Positions 28,201 to 40,325 of a stretch of DNA of 64,000 nt are shown here, in pieces (the stretch's first letter is position 1; each line of letters begins with the position of its first letter). The stretch is taken from positions 89,838,001-89,902,000 of the forward strand of contig OZ024740.1 of assembly GCA_964016885.1 (NCBI GenBank), in the 5' to 3' direction. Both the position numbers and the translations under genes were made by a program. This DNA comes from Eledone cirrhosa. Lineage: Eukaryota. A model generated the notes under the pieces. It was not told the DNA's origin. It saw nothing but the letters and a program-made list of their open reading frames with translations, and ran no database searches.

Positions 28201-28989
28201 AAATTGAAATCAATTTATGTATTTATGGTATACACGTGATACAGAGGTAAATCGATTGTTTATGTGTTTTGTTTTCGGAAGATGGATAGAGGTACTTAAG
28301 ACGGACAAACATCAAGCGCCAAATATGTTGAATATTATCAAGAGAAGACAATTCTCGAAGTCTAGGAAGAATAAAGTAAAACGATATTTAAAAGCTCTTG
28401 CGATTTGTGAATATGTCTCGCTAGCAAAATATATAAACTTTCAATCATTAGGCATAACATTTGTCATAAAACTCCTTTCCTTAGATTTTCAACTAGATTC
28501 TCTTATACTTCGTTGGTATTTATTATTTCATACATGGACACATGATATTACTTTCCATTTTGCTTCCGGCAATTGTTGAACGACACTATTGTTAGATTTT
28601 TTTCATCATGTCGATCAAGACATTGCGGTGAGATTGATAATGGAAAGCTTTTGAATTGTGTAGAACATAAACATGATGGGATTTCAATTGTAGAGCATGG
28701 GCTGTAAGAGTTCACTTTATTTATTAAATCAATCGGCTACACGACACTCTCCCACATATAAACACTGACGCGTATAAAAATCCAAGAAAACACAAACAAT
28801 CGCATATATACATATCGTCGAAGAATTCTCTTCAGCACTGCAGCAATTCGCACCAGATGGCGTCAAATATCACTTCAATAGTGAACATATCTATATCGAT
28901 TATCCCAATCCACGATTTCTCAACGTAATCGTATCGTTTGTAAACTATGTGGAGACTGCTTTAGATTTTGCATGCCTACACATTCCACT

Positions 28990-29033
<44 letters not shown>

Positions 29034-29114
29034 TTATAAATATATATAGATAGATATATATATTCAAACCTACAAACCTACAAACATACACACATACAAA
29101 CATACATACATACA

Positions 29115-29146
<32 letters not shown>

Positions 29147-29774
29147 ACACTCACTTTCCAGGGACAATGTCGGACTAAATTATGTAACTGTAAATCGTAA
29201 ATCAAGTGCGAAAAAGAAACCCAAACACAGAAGAGATTGTTTCATGGTTGCCTCAATTGTCCATCATGTGATGAATATATCATTCATTTAATCGTTTTAC
29301 GTATTTATAAATTGTGTTCTCCATCTGTATTTTATCTGCGGCTAAACAACACGATTCCTATATAGATTGACTGTTAAGGGAACTGTTACGCTGCTTAAAA
29401 TACTTGAAATAACAGCCAAATATGCCATATTTCACAGCCTACTGCATTTAAAATGAAGTTAATGTTTGGAACATTGGATAATGACATGATATGTAAGTAA
29501 TAACAATATAAACAATAATGTAATATGCTATGTTCAAGTCAGAAATATTTCCTGTAATTATGCTTCACCAGGGGCTAAGGATCATAATAACATCTAACGA
29601 AGAGGGGGAAGTTTATATTGGTCTTTCTGCTAGAAATAGGATGAGAATATTGCTTAAATTATCCAGCAGAGAAACAGGGAGTATGCTTATGAATTTCTGA
29701 GGAAACGTAAACACCTAAGATCAATATTGCTATTAGATTTAACAAAATGGGCAAGATTTACCTGTCAACATGAG

Positions 29775-29858
29775 TGTGTGTGTGTTAGTTTGTATTTTTA
29801 TCTCTGTGTATGTATCGGTACATACACAGAGATAAAAATACAAACTAACACACACACA
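29775..29858. repeat. Perfect 40-bp-arm inverted repeat with 4-nt loop
   Basis: TGTGTGTGTGTTAGTTTGTATTTTTATCTCTGTGTATGTA-tcgg-reverse complement. Confidence 0.95.
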
Positions 29859-30136
29859 GGTATGTGCAGGTATGTGTTTGCCTGTTTCTCTATCCGTAAG
29901 TCTCGATGACTGTTCATCTGTTCCTGTCTGTATATGTATTTGTTTGACTGCTTCTGTCCTCTTTCCTTCTGCCTATGTTTATTCCCCTCTCCCTATATGT
30001 TTATTTCTATTTCCTCAAATAATTACTTTTCAATAAATATTTTTCAGTAAATATTTTATTCAATATCTATCAATTAACATATACACACCTGGCTACACAA
30101 GCCATTTTCAATTCAATTCATCATTTAACCTTATTC

Positions 30137-30189
30137 GTCATCGTCATCAACTTTGTTATAAACATCACCATCATCTTCACTATCACTAT

Positions 30190-30240
<51 letters not shown>

Positions 30241-30380
30241 CATCATCGTCGCCATCATCATTATCATCATCATCATCGTCGTTATCATTATCATCACCAT
30301 TATCTTCATCCTCATCACCCTCATGATTTCAGCACTTTTACTAATTCCTATCATGACCTCTATTATCATCTTCATTATCT
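30137..30380. repeat. (CAT)n trinucleotide tract, degenerate at edges
   Basis: Direct reading. Confidence 0.95.
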
Positions 30381-30542
30381 CAAATCCCATGTCAACACCT
30401 AAACTATTTCTTTTTAAATCTCATTTTTCAACAACTTTTTTTTACATAATTAATTTTTCTCCTTCTGAAACCCCCATTAAAATACATACCCACTCCTTTT
30501 TAATATTTCCATATTTATAATATCTCTGGTGTTTAGGTATTA

Positions 30543-30607
30543 GTAATGTCTGATGATCCTGTGAATGCGCAGATGAAATGTCGGTGTATCAATTCTCATC
30601 ACGTTGC
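30543..30607 (+). ncRNA. Hammerhead ribozyme-like motif
   Basis: GTAATGT-CTGATGA-tcCTGTG-aatg-CGCAGat-GAAA-TG...CA-TC-ACGTTGC; stem I with G-U pairs, AUC triplet, weak stem III. Confidence 0.55.
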
Positions 30608-30657
30608 CAAAATGTACTTCGGTATTGATAATTCTTTATCTCAACAATCAACAGTAC

Positions 30658-30705
<48 letters not shown>

Positions 30706-30711
<6 letters not shown>

Positions 30712-30753
30712 AAAGATAAACATCATACCTTCAACCGTGTTTTGTTAGCTTTC

Positions 30754-30842
<89 letters not shown>

Positions 30843-30934
30843 GAAAATATAGAAATGATTATATATATTATATATATGTATATGTGGAAAGCTAACAAAA
30901 AACGGTCGAGGTATGACGTTTATCTTTCAACATA
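30706..30934. repeat. Short inverted repeat pair across a (TA)n tract
   Basis: GTTGAAAGATAAACATCATACCT...TTGTTAGCTTTCC (30708-30754) versus its reverse complement at about 30886-30931. Confidence 0.85.
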
Positions 30935-31257
30935 TGCTCCATCTAGGTAAATACACTTATGCACACTAGACTTTAAGTCTATCTCTGTAAAACTAAGGGC
31001 AGTGTGATTTAAAACTTGTCAAAGCAGTTTTTTTACATCTTCAACTGGGGATCAAATTCAGCATTTTTGTTCCACATCGATTTATCCATTTGTTGGTTGT
31101 TGATATGTTGGGTTAATTTCTCCATATACTTGCTCCAGAGCATCAATGATTTGGTTGCGCTTCTACCATAGTTGCACCATGAATTAGGCATGTTGATGGC
31201 ATTTATATACATATGCCCACCCACACACACACACATATACATATATATATATATGTC

Positions 31258-31420
<163 letters not shown>

Positions 31421-31930
31421 TTCCACGCGGGTATTAACCCTTTTTCGGTATTCACTGTACCCTTACATGCGAGGCAAGGCTTCTACTCTTACGACCATAC
31501 AGATAACAAAATATACAGGCTATTACCAATTTCACTATCTCCTCTTTTCTTCACAGCCCATGCTATATCGGCTGCTGCTATATGTGTGTTTATGTACGTA
31601 TATGTAGAAATTCATATACATTCTTATACACTCACTTAGGTCGGTCAATACTCCTGGGGTCCCTGACTCACGCATCCCCACTTTCATAGCATCCAGCTCG
31701 TCACGTTCAAGGCCTCTCCTTCAAACACAACTTCACGCCCACACACATGCGCATATACGCACATGCAATGACACCGATACAATCATGCATACTCACATGT
31801 CCAGCTACATATACATGAATTGCCTCTTTTCTTGAACCTCTATAAATCTCCAAGACGATTGACTGAATACGCACGTTCTTTCTTCTTATCAATTGTTACT
31901 TTCTGTTTATCTTGTATGTCTAACTCTATC

Positions 31931-31965
31931 GTCTGATGAAGGTGTAGTATCCGAAACGATAAGAC
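31931..31965 (+). ncRNA. Minimal PLE-type hammerhead-like motif at the end of a C-rich PLE 3' UTR remnant (about 31420-32000)
   Basis: GTCTGATGAAGG-tgtagtat-CCGAAACGATAAGAC; stems I and III weak. Confidence 0.55.
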
Positions 31966-32311
31966 ACTTTTCCTGCTGTTTCTAGCGTTCAACTAATATA
32001 GTTCTTCCATGCATTGTGCTGTTTGTTTTGTTCGATTGTTATGCAATGATTTACCGATTTCATCATGTTTTCTTTCAGCATTTGTTAATTTCAGCATTTG
32101 TTCTATAAGATGACAGGAATAGAGGATATACCCTTCTTCGAACATACTTCGCCAATTTGGTGTAATTGTAACAGCAAACCATCCATGAATGGAGAGTTGC
32201 AATCAACACCTGCTGAAATTGCCTTAGTCTTCCATCATATACCGGATAACGGATAGACTAACGAAATTAACATTTTAAAGAATGCTTCCAGTTCGGCTTT
32301 GTGTTGTTTTG

Positions 32312-32344
<33 letters not shown>

Positions 32345-32347
<3 letters not shown>

Positions 32348-34025
32348 GGAATGGGATACTTAGAACAACAACTCTACCAAGAAATAGAAGAAGCATATAG
32401 TACTGACTTTAGAAAGTACATTGACAAATCTTGGAAGAGATACCTTGACGACTGTTTCATCATCTGGACAGACTCTCTAGATACTCTGGATTAGTTCAAT
32501 ATCCTCCTGAATAACCTACACCCATCTCTCCAATTCACAAAAGAGATGAGTACGACCAAATTACCATTCCTAGATATAATGATAATCAAAAACGACACCA
32601 CCATTACCATGGATATATATTATAAACACATAGACAGCCATCAATATCTGAATTTTAAGTTGTGACATCCATATCATACAAAACGCAACATACAATACTG
32701 CCTAGCCAGACGAATTTATAACATTGTAGAAGATACGAATACCAGATACAAACGCCTAAGAGAACTAAGACAATTTTTGCTCAAACAAAAATACCCGTCT
32801 CTACTTATAGAAAATGGCATACAACGGGCTATAAAAATACCTATACAACAACTTAGACAAGGAAGAAGAAACCAAGAACTGGTCATACGATTTATAATGA
32901 CACACAGTCCATGTCACCACAATATCTTCAACACTGCCAAAATAAACCTACCGATCATTGCTCAAAGTAATAATTTAAGAGGCTTAATCACAGATCGATC
33001 TTTGACTCTTAGTAAAAGACAGCCGAAAAATGTGAAGCAATTACTAATAAAAGCAGAGTTTGACCTTAACAACAAAGACCAATCATTCACTGTATCTAAA
33101 TGCAATGATAGTCGATGTGGCACATGCCAATCCATACACGCCGGTCAATATATGAAAACAAAAACTGGAAAAATATTGCCAAATGCAAATATGAACTGCA
33201 AAAGCAGAAATCTAATTTACTGCATTAAATGCCCGAATTGTGATGACCTATATGACGGTCAAACTGGAAATGCACTATCGGAACGTGCACGGGTTCACCG
33301 ACAACAAATCAGAGACCCAAATGTCCGTCAGATACCCCTAAGTAAACATCTAGCAACATGTGGTCAGGGATTATTTATAGTATTCCCATTCTACAAATTA
33401 CACAGCCCAAGTGAAATCAAGAGAAAAATCAAAGAAAATAATTTTATTGATAAATTCAAACCCAAGCTAAATGAACAATATTAATGGGGGATTACTTCTA
33501 CTATGACTATGACTACGACCATGTCGACTACGACCACTAACAACAACAATAATAATACTAATAAAAGTGATGTTGATAGTGATGATTACAAGAAAATGAG
33601 ATTTTCATCATTTCTAAAAATAGCAAAACAATTGATGCTTTGAATAGGGTCAATTAGTAGTCGTTAGACATGCTAAACCAACCGTGACGCCTAAACCAAT
33701 CAGCTTTAGTAATCCAGTGAAACTACACACCGATTGGTCGAAATACAGTTTGCAAGATCTAGCATTCTGAGGCCTCTTTTCACTGTATATAAGGCACACA
33801 CTTTACCCATCTTATTACAGTTGAAAATTGCAAACTTGACTGTCACCACACATTATGAACCTGAAGATTGCGAAAGCATGTAAGTACTTGTTCAATTAAC
33901 ACTTAACATTTGATATTCTACCATAATATTTCATTCTAATACCATTATAAATTTTAAAGGATTGTAAATAAAACGAGTAAATCAGACAAAGTTTGAATTC
34001 CTTTTAATAATCTAATCTTCTATAC
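32345..34025 (+). mobile_element. 5'-truncated PLE (RT C-half, GIY-YIG 32777-33484, 3' UTR)
   Basis: MGYLE, WKRYLDDCF, LPFLDI, DIYYK; SKCNDSRCGTC and NLIYCIKCPNCDDLYDGQTG..LSER.RVH; stops in RT; (TA)n left, (CT)n(TA)n right. Confidence 0.95.
33856..33894 (+). ncRNA. Minimal hammerhead with GAAA mutated to GTAA
   Basis: TGAAC-CTGAAGA-tTGC-GAAA-GCAt-GTAA-GTAC-TT-GTTCA in the PLE 3' UTR. Confidence 0.65.
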
Positions 34026-34045
34026 ACAATCATACACACCCGTGT

Positions 34046-34175
<130 letters not shown>

Positions 34176-34248
34176 ATATATTTACATGTAGGGCAAGGTA
34201 CAACACTGTTATATATATATATATATATATATGGGTGTGTGTGTGTGT

Positions 34249-34303
<55 letters not shown>

Positions 34304-34304
34304 G

Positions 34305-34357
<53 letters not shown>

Positions 34358-34373
34358 GGTGTGTGTGTGTGTA

Positions 34374-34426
<53 letters not shown>

Positions 34427-35920
34427 CACCAACTACTTCCCTTACTATCATTAATATTTTTATTATTAATACGTACTTAGATCATTTTCTTCTATAAATG
34501 TTTTTGTTTTCCTATTGGGAAGTCGAACATAGTTTTTGTGAATTTAATTTTCAGTTTATGTTATATCTTTTTAAATATGTGATTACTTCCCTATAGATAT
34601 AAAACAAAATACAATTACAATTTTGAATCACCTCCTATTGAATTAAACTTGAAATTACAACAAAATGTAATAAAAAATATGCCCTATGCATACGATTCAA
34701 TAAAGGGATTATCAATTGGACGTACAAATAGGAAGTCAAAAGGGAAATGATCATACCTGCACTAACTATGGACCTCACCGCTGGCACTTTGTCACATCCA
34801 CAATTTAACACTGAAGTGATGGAGGAAGGAAATCGAAGGAACTAACGTAGCTTAGTTTTGTAAAAATACAACCAAATAAAAAATAAAAAAACATCTATGG
34901 AAGACTATCAATTAATACTTTACTAAAGATGAAGTAGTTGGTAATTTTTTGATTTGTATTGACGTTTCTGGCGACAAGAAAGTTATCAAATGTGAATGAT
35001 TCCTTAATAAAATTAACTTTTCTGTTTACCTGAAATAATACGCTGCAATTTATAATGTATACAACATCACATATTTGAGTTTACCGGTTTAGACTGCAAA
35101 ACTTGTAAAACCAAATTAACCCCGTTTCACACTCCTCCAACATATACGAACATTGCACTCATATAGAAACGAATGAAAAAATGAACATTAATTGACTCAA
35201 TTTGAGAACAGGTATGTTGGGTTAGTAATGACAATATGTTGACATATCAACAACGTGATTATGGATGGATTATGGATGTTCCATAATATCAGATAATTCT
35301 TTGAAATTGCTTAAGGAGTTCGGTAATTTTATATTCGGAACCAATCATTTTGTTTGATCAGCATTCATTGCGGATTAGACAAATAATGGGAATCATACAT
35401 GTCAGATTTGGCGTTAAAATAATGCAATAATTAACTACTTTTAATTATATCTCACTAGCCATTCTACTAATTATTAAGGGCTGATGCTACTTGTGTAAAA
35501 CTTGGTCTTGGTTTTCAAATATTCTTCTTTTTTCCATATTCTTTATTTGCCACCAAATACGCTTGATACGTCACAAATCACACTTTGATCAAACCTGTAT
35601 CTATGGTTCCGCAATGTTCGCCAGTTACGGCTAAAATAATCTCAAAGTGGCATCAACATTCTTAGCTCATTTTTACCGGAAGTCTTAATTCATACACCCA
35701 CCTGATATATATACGCGAGCGTCATCTTCAGCGTTATCAACTTCACTCAAATGTCCATCCCGCCTACTAATTTCTAGCAATATCCTCATCACACTACTAG
35801 CATTATCATACCCATCCTCATAATATATAACAAGTCCAGACCTTCCTTATCTCTTTTACTTTCCTTCTTCGCCTCTCGCTTTAAATAGCAATCTCATTCG
35901 TATTTGTTTCATAATCAAAT

Positions 35921-35996
35921 TGCTTCTACTGGACAACTGTTTCATTCGTATGAAATTATCAGGAATGTCCTGATGATTTTATACGAATGAAACAGG
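35921..35996. repeat. Head-to-head pair of hammerhead motifs of the 13679 family
   Basis: CTGTTTCATTCGTATGAAATTATCAGGA-atg-TCCTGATGATTTTATACGAATGAAACAG; left arm continues as CAGTTGTCCAGTAGAAGC on the minus strand. Confidence 0.8.
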
Positions 35997-36824
35997 TCAT
36001 TACTTATATATTTTAGTACTATATATAATAAACAGGGCTAGCTATATCCTACCAACGTATTTAAAGTGCATTTAAAATGAGATTGGTCAGATATTTTATA
36101 TTTCAAATTTACATATTTGTTTTTGAAAATTGCATTTACTTGCACCCAGCCAACTTTGAAATGTAAACCTGGGGTCTTGTGTACGGTAATGTTTTGGGTG
36201 GCCTAGAAATCTGATGTGCCACGGGAACCCACATTCTAAATTTGACCCTGCACACACTCACCCACAAAATCTAAATGAAACATTACCATTATTCTAAGAA
36301 TACCATTCAATTACCATTTTAAAAGTAAGCCGCTGCAATTTCAAATATAAAATATAGCATTGTATTTAGCAGTCAGATTTGTAAGGAAGAATTCTGTGAA
36401 AAATAGACAATTTTCTACTATATGTGTTTTCAGGTACAAAAGAATCAATTTCTTTTCATGATAATAATACAACATCAATAACAATAATTATGCCGGGACA
36501 GTGATATGAAAAATATTTCTCCAGGGAAATTGTCTACACAAATTGTTTAACAAATATTGACTACGGGATGGCATTTGTCGTCTGAATTTGCGACAACTTT
36601 TAAAATCATAAAGATTTGTATTTATCTATCATTACAGAAAACAATCCAAACCATTGTGCAAAATAAATATATACAAATTTTATATTGAGCACTTATCAGT
36701 TGTTGTAAAATATAACAAACACAAGCGTATATATATTCATACATCTTCACGTCCATGTGTCTATGAGTGAAATATATACATATGCGTATTTATTTTACTT
36801 ATATATATTATATATATATGTATA

Positions 36825-37880
36825 TATTACAAAGTGTTAAAACGATCAAATTTTAGTTTAGAACATTTATTACCTGACAATTGTTTCTTCCAGAGAGAAG
36901 TCTGGAATCATCGGAGCATAAGGAAGAACATTTAGGGTACATATATGTTGTTAGTGACAAAGGCGTCATGTGGAGATTCAGGAGTTAAAAACATGTTCCG
37001 CTTGAAATAACACAATTACAGGCAGCACTGGTTGGAAGTGTAATACGTATAAGTAAAAGTAAAAAGCACAAGCAAAAAAATCACCAACAAAAAAAACCCA
37101 AGGAAAGAAGTTATAACCAAAGACAATTGGTTGTACATTGAAGGAGTCAATACAGTCAATAATGCATGTATGAGGAAAGAGTTATAATGCAGTTGAAATA
37201 AACATATATTGTGTGGGGTGTTAAAGCATGTTATATTTGTTATAATTTGTTATAATGTATATAGTGTGCAATTTGTTAGAGAAACGTGTGGTGATAATGT
37301 AGGTATTTTTTATGTAAGGTGTAATGTAAAGCACTAGGTAGAGTTGGGTATGTGATTTTCATTTAAGTGTTTTGTGTTGTAGTTCGTATTTATGTGCATG
37401 TGTTGTTTGTTACTCACATCTATTAACCATGGGATTATTTTAAGACGTTTATAGTCAATAGGTGTTTGTTAAATGTAAATTCCTCCGAATTACTGACCAT
37501 GTTGTTATTGTAGGTATATTATCTTATGCACTTTTTATCTGTAAATTACCTTTCTAAGGTTTAGATTAACCGTTATTAAGCTGTTAGTAAACCGTTACTT
37601 AATGTTATATGTTTACACGGTTGTAAAGGGCGTTAATAAAAAAGGGAGGTAATTCATGTTGTTGATGAATTTAGGGGTGTTATGATATTGTGGTAGTGTT
37701 ATAAATTAATCTATATAGAGTGTATAAAATATAAAATATAAAATATTCTTGGTTATATAATTGCAATCTTTTAAACTTGTGTGTGTGTGTTGGTTAAACA
37801 TTTTTTTTAAATTTAGTTTATTATAACTTTTAGTTTTTACATAGTTAGTATATGCCTGCATATTATAAGCCATATCCATA
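36825..37880 (-). mobile_element. Old PLE-type 3' region, left member of a long diverged inverted pair
   Basis: Reverse complement aligns with about 43223-44195; carries hammerhead-like CCGATGA-TTCCAGA..TCTGGAA-GAAA-CAATTG-TC at 36873-36917. Confidence 0.75.
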
Positions 37881-37933
37881 TGATATGTGTGACAATGTAT
37901 AACATATACACACACACACTTATACACACACAT

Positions 37934-38018
<85 letters not shown>

Positions 38019-38159
38019 AGTACATGCAAACATACTGATTGTGTAGAGATAGTTGAAGTGACAGGATAGTGAGTTGCATAATCTATACCGGAATAATTGG
38101 AGTTATATACACAGTTGTCTGCTATTTAGTTGGTGTTGTATATTGTTGTATAATTCACA

Positions 38160-39280
38160 CCTTCATTCGTTCAGAAACCCTGAATTTAGCAACGTAACCT
38201 CAATATACACATACACCCATTAAAATCAAGTAATATACCATACACCTTAAAATGGGAAGTGATAGCTAAGACCCCTTCATATAAACCACCTAACACATTT
38301 TGTAACCTTTGCATCATCGAGTCTAAAAATATTATTCACTCTAACCTTAGTCTACTTAATAGGAAATCAGAGATCTTCTACACGTGTCCACATTACCATA
38401 GGTTGTCGTTACACTACTTCAAAACTAGCAACTAATAATAATAATAATAAAAATAAAGACGAATGTCGGAGATAACACTAGACCACCCCCTTGTCGTTTA
38501 TCCAATTAGACCTTCATTTATCCGACTAGACCTTCATCTACCCAACTAGACCTTCATAAATATAGGCCTACACCTTAATGAAAAGACCTACATACAGTCG
38601 ATAAACACCTGTTTCATCTATTACATTATACAATGAAAATATTTAAATGATATACACACCCTAATCAACATTAAATGTTCGGTGAATCCATACGTATATA
38701 TATATGTGCATGTATGTATATATATATATATATATACATACTACTATACGTCTGTATACATATATGTATGTACGTATACATACTTATATTTAAGTAACAA
38801 CCGTACTAAGAGTGAGAAATGAAATTTCGTTTCAATTTTTCAGTCTATCGTTTTCGATAACCCGGCAGATTAACTCACTCGATATGCAAATTAGGCTGCT
38901 CACCCGTTAATATGCATAAGGAAAGTATATACTTTCAGACGTTCAATCATCTGGCAGGAAGGTACAGGTTGCTGTTAATAGCTAATAAGCTTGAAACTAG
39001 TACAGCGTTCCGTTGTCAGTGTTGAACAAATGAGCAACGATGGTTGCTAGACAATGTACTGCTTAATTCGGGATGTTTGTTTACAAACACACCAAGCATT
39101 ATAATAAATGTTCGGTGAATCCATACGTACATATATATATGTGTGCATGTATGTATATATATATATATATACATACTACTGCACGTTTGTATACATATAT
39201 GTATGTACGTATACATACTTATATTTAAGTAACAGCCGTACTAAGAGTGATAAATGAAATTTCGTTTCATTTTTTCCGTT
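38160..39280 (+). mobile_element. Naiad-like PLE 3' part (GIY-YIG C-terminus and direct-repeat 3' UTR)
   Basis: Manual translation 38164-38435: HSFRNPEFSNVTSI..LKSSNIPYTLKWEVIAKTPSYKPPNTFCNLCIIESKNII..LLNRKSEIFYTCPH; 38672-38843 repeated at 39105-39278; degraded hammerhead near 38968-39006. Confidence 0.85.
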
Positions 39281-39296
39281 TATATATATATATATA

Positions 39297-40114
39297 GTGG
39301 TGGAACACTGGAAGGTAATATACGAAGTGGTAGAGCACTCGGTCCAAGGGACGAGTTAGGCAGGAGTGGTTACACAACAGTTAGTTCACCATACCGAGAA
39401 CAATTGTTTCACCCTCGCGGATCTTCAGCTCGTGTGTATGGTTATAGGAACTGGAAGGGCAACCGTACGAACGAGCATGCGCAAAAACTCGGTCACTTCA
39501 CACAGGCAATACTAGACTGCGGGCGGGGGGTGTAAGGGAGATAACTGCGAAAATCCGGAAAGTTTTTTGGTTGAAAATAAAATAAAAAAAATTTAAAATA
39601 AAATTACAAAGAATCAGTCCGGAGCCTTGTAGTTATGCAATAGATGCTTGGTGACGTGTGGACAACGTGCGAAAAATTCACTACTCGTGTTTAGGCAATC
39701 ACTATTGCGTAATCTCTTTAGGATAGTTATTCGTTCGTCAATACATAAGCCACACGTCGGATTTCCCCTTGCGTATGGATTGGACTTAGTGATAGCTTTC
39801 CATTGAATGGAGTACCCTATATTTGAGTCCTTGAGGGACCATACGCGGCTCGCGAGTTTCCTGGATGAACGTCTGTCCGGGTATCTAAAGGTAGACTGGT
39901 GGTTCAGGAAACGCTCCTTGATTCGGCGCTCCGCCATGCCCACGTAGGATTTGATCTCCTGTGGTTCGTTTGGTCGGTTGGAAGTGACCACAGCTTCATA
40001 GATTACAGCTGGTGTATTGCATTGTTGTTTAAGGGGGCAAGCTTCATGCTTACGGCAAGAGCACCCTGGTTTGGTGGTGCTCCTAGGTCTGCTGGTGATG
40101 TGGCCCTTCATGTT
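39297..40114 (-). mobile_element. Naiad-like PLE 3' fragment: intact-looking GIY-YIG domain and 3' UTR
   Basis: CSCRKHEACPLKQQC..AVIYEA..SYVGMAERRIKERFLNH..QWKAI..CGLCIDE..LNTSSEFFARCPH; ends at (TA)n. Confidence 0.92.
39395..39432 (-). ncRNA. Canonical minimal hammerhead ribozyme
   Basis: Minus strand: CGAG-CTGAAGA-TCC-GCGA-GGGT-GAAA-CAATTG-TT-CTCG; palindromic stem III, GUU triplet. Confidence 0.85.
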
Positions 40115-40325
40115 GAGGTACAGTCCAACACAGTTGGACGCTTGCTCTAATGACTTCAAAAGACTCTCAGCATTTTCCAGTGACCGACTGATCAATGCGA
40201 TGTCGTCAGCAAAATCGGTGTCGGTCAAGTATTTTGCTGGGTAGCGTGAGCTTCTCCTAGGCTGTAGTTGATATCCTCTATTCTGAATCCTATCCACAGA
40301 CATGCGCAAAACATAATCCACAACA
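40112..40325 (-). mobile_element. RTE-clade RT fragment (motif C region)
   Basis: VVDYVLR..PRRSSRYPAKYLTDTDFADDIALIS..AESLLKSLEQASNCVGLYLN. Confidence 0.9.

Noticed and set aside
28217-28579. 120-aa ORF in unique AT-rich DNA
   Set aside because: No recognisable domain or splice context; length compatible with chance
38470-38557. 20-bp periodic repeats as a CRISPR-like array
   Set aside because: Simple minisatellite in a eukaryotic PLE UTR with no unique spacers
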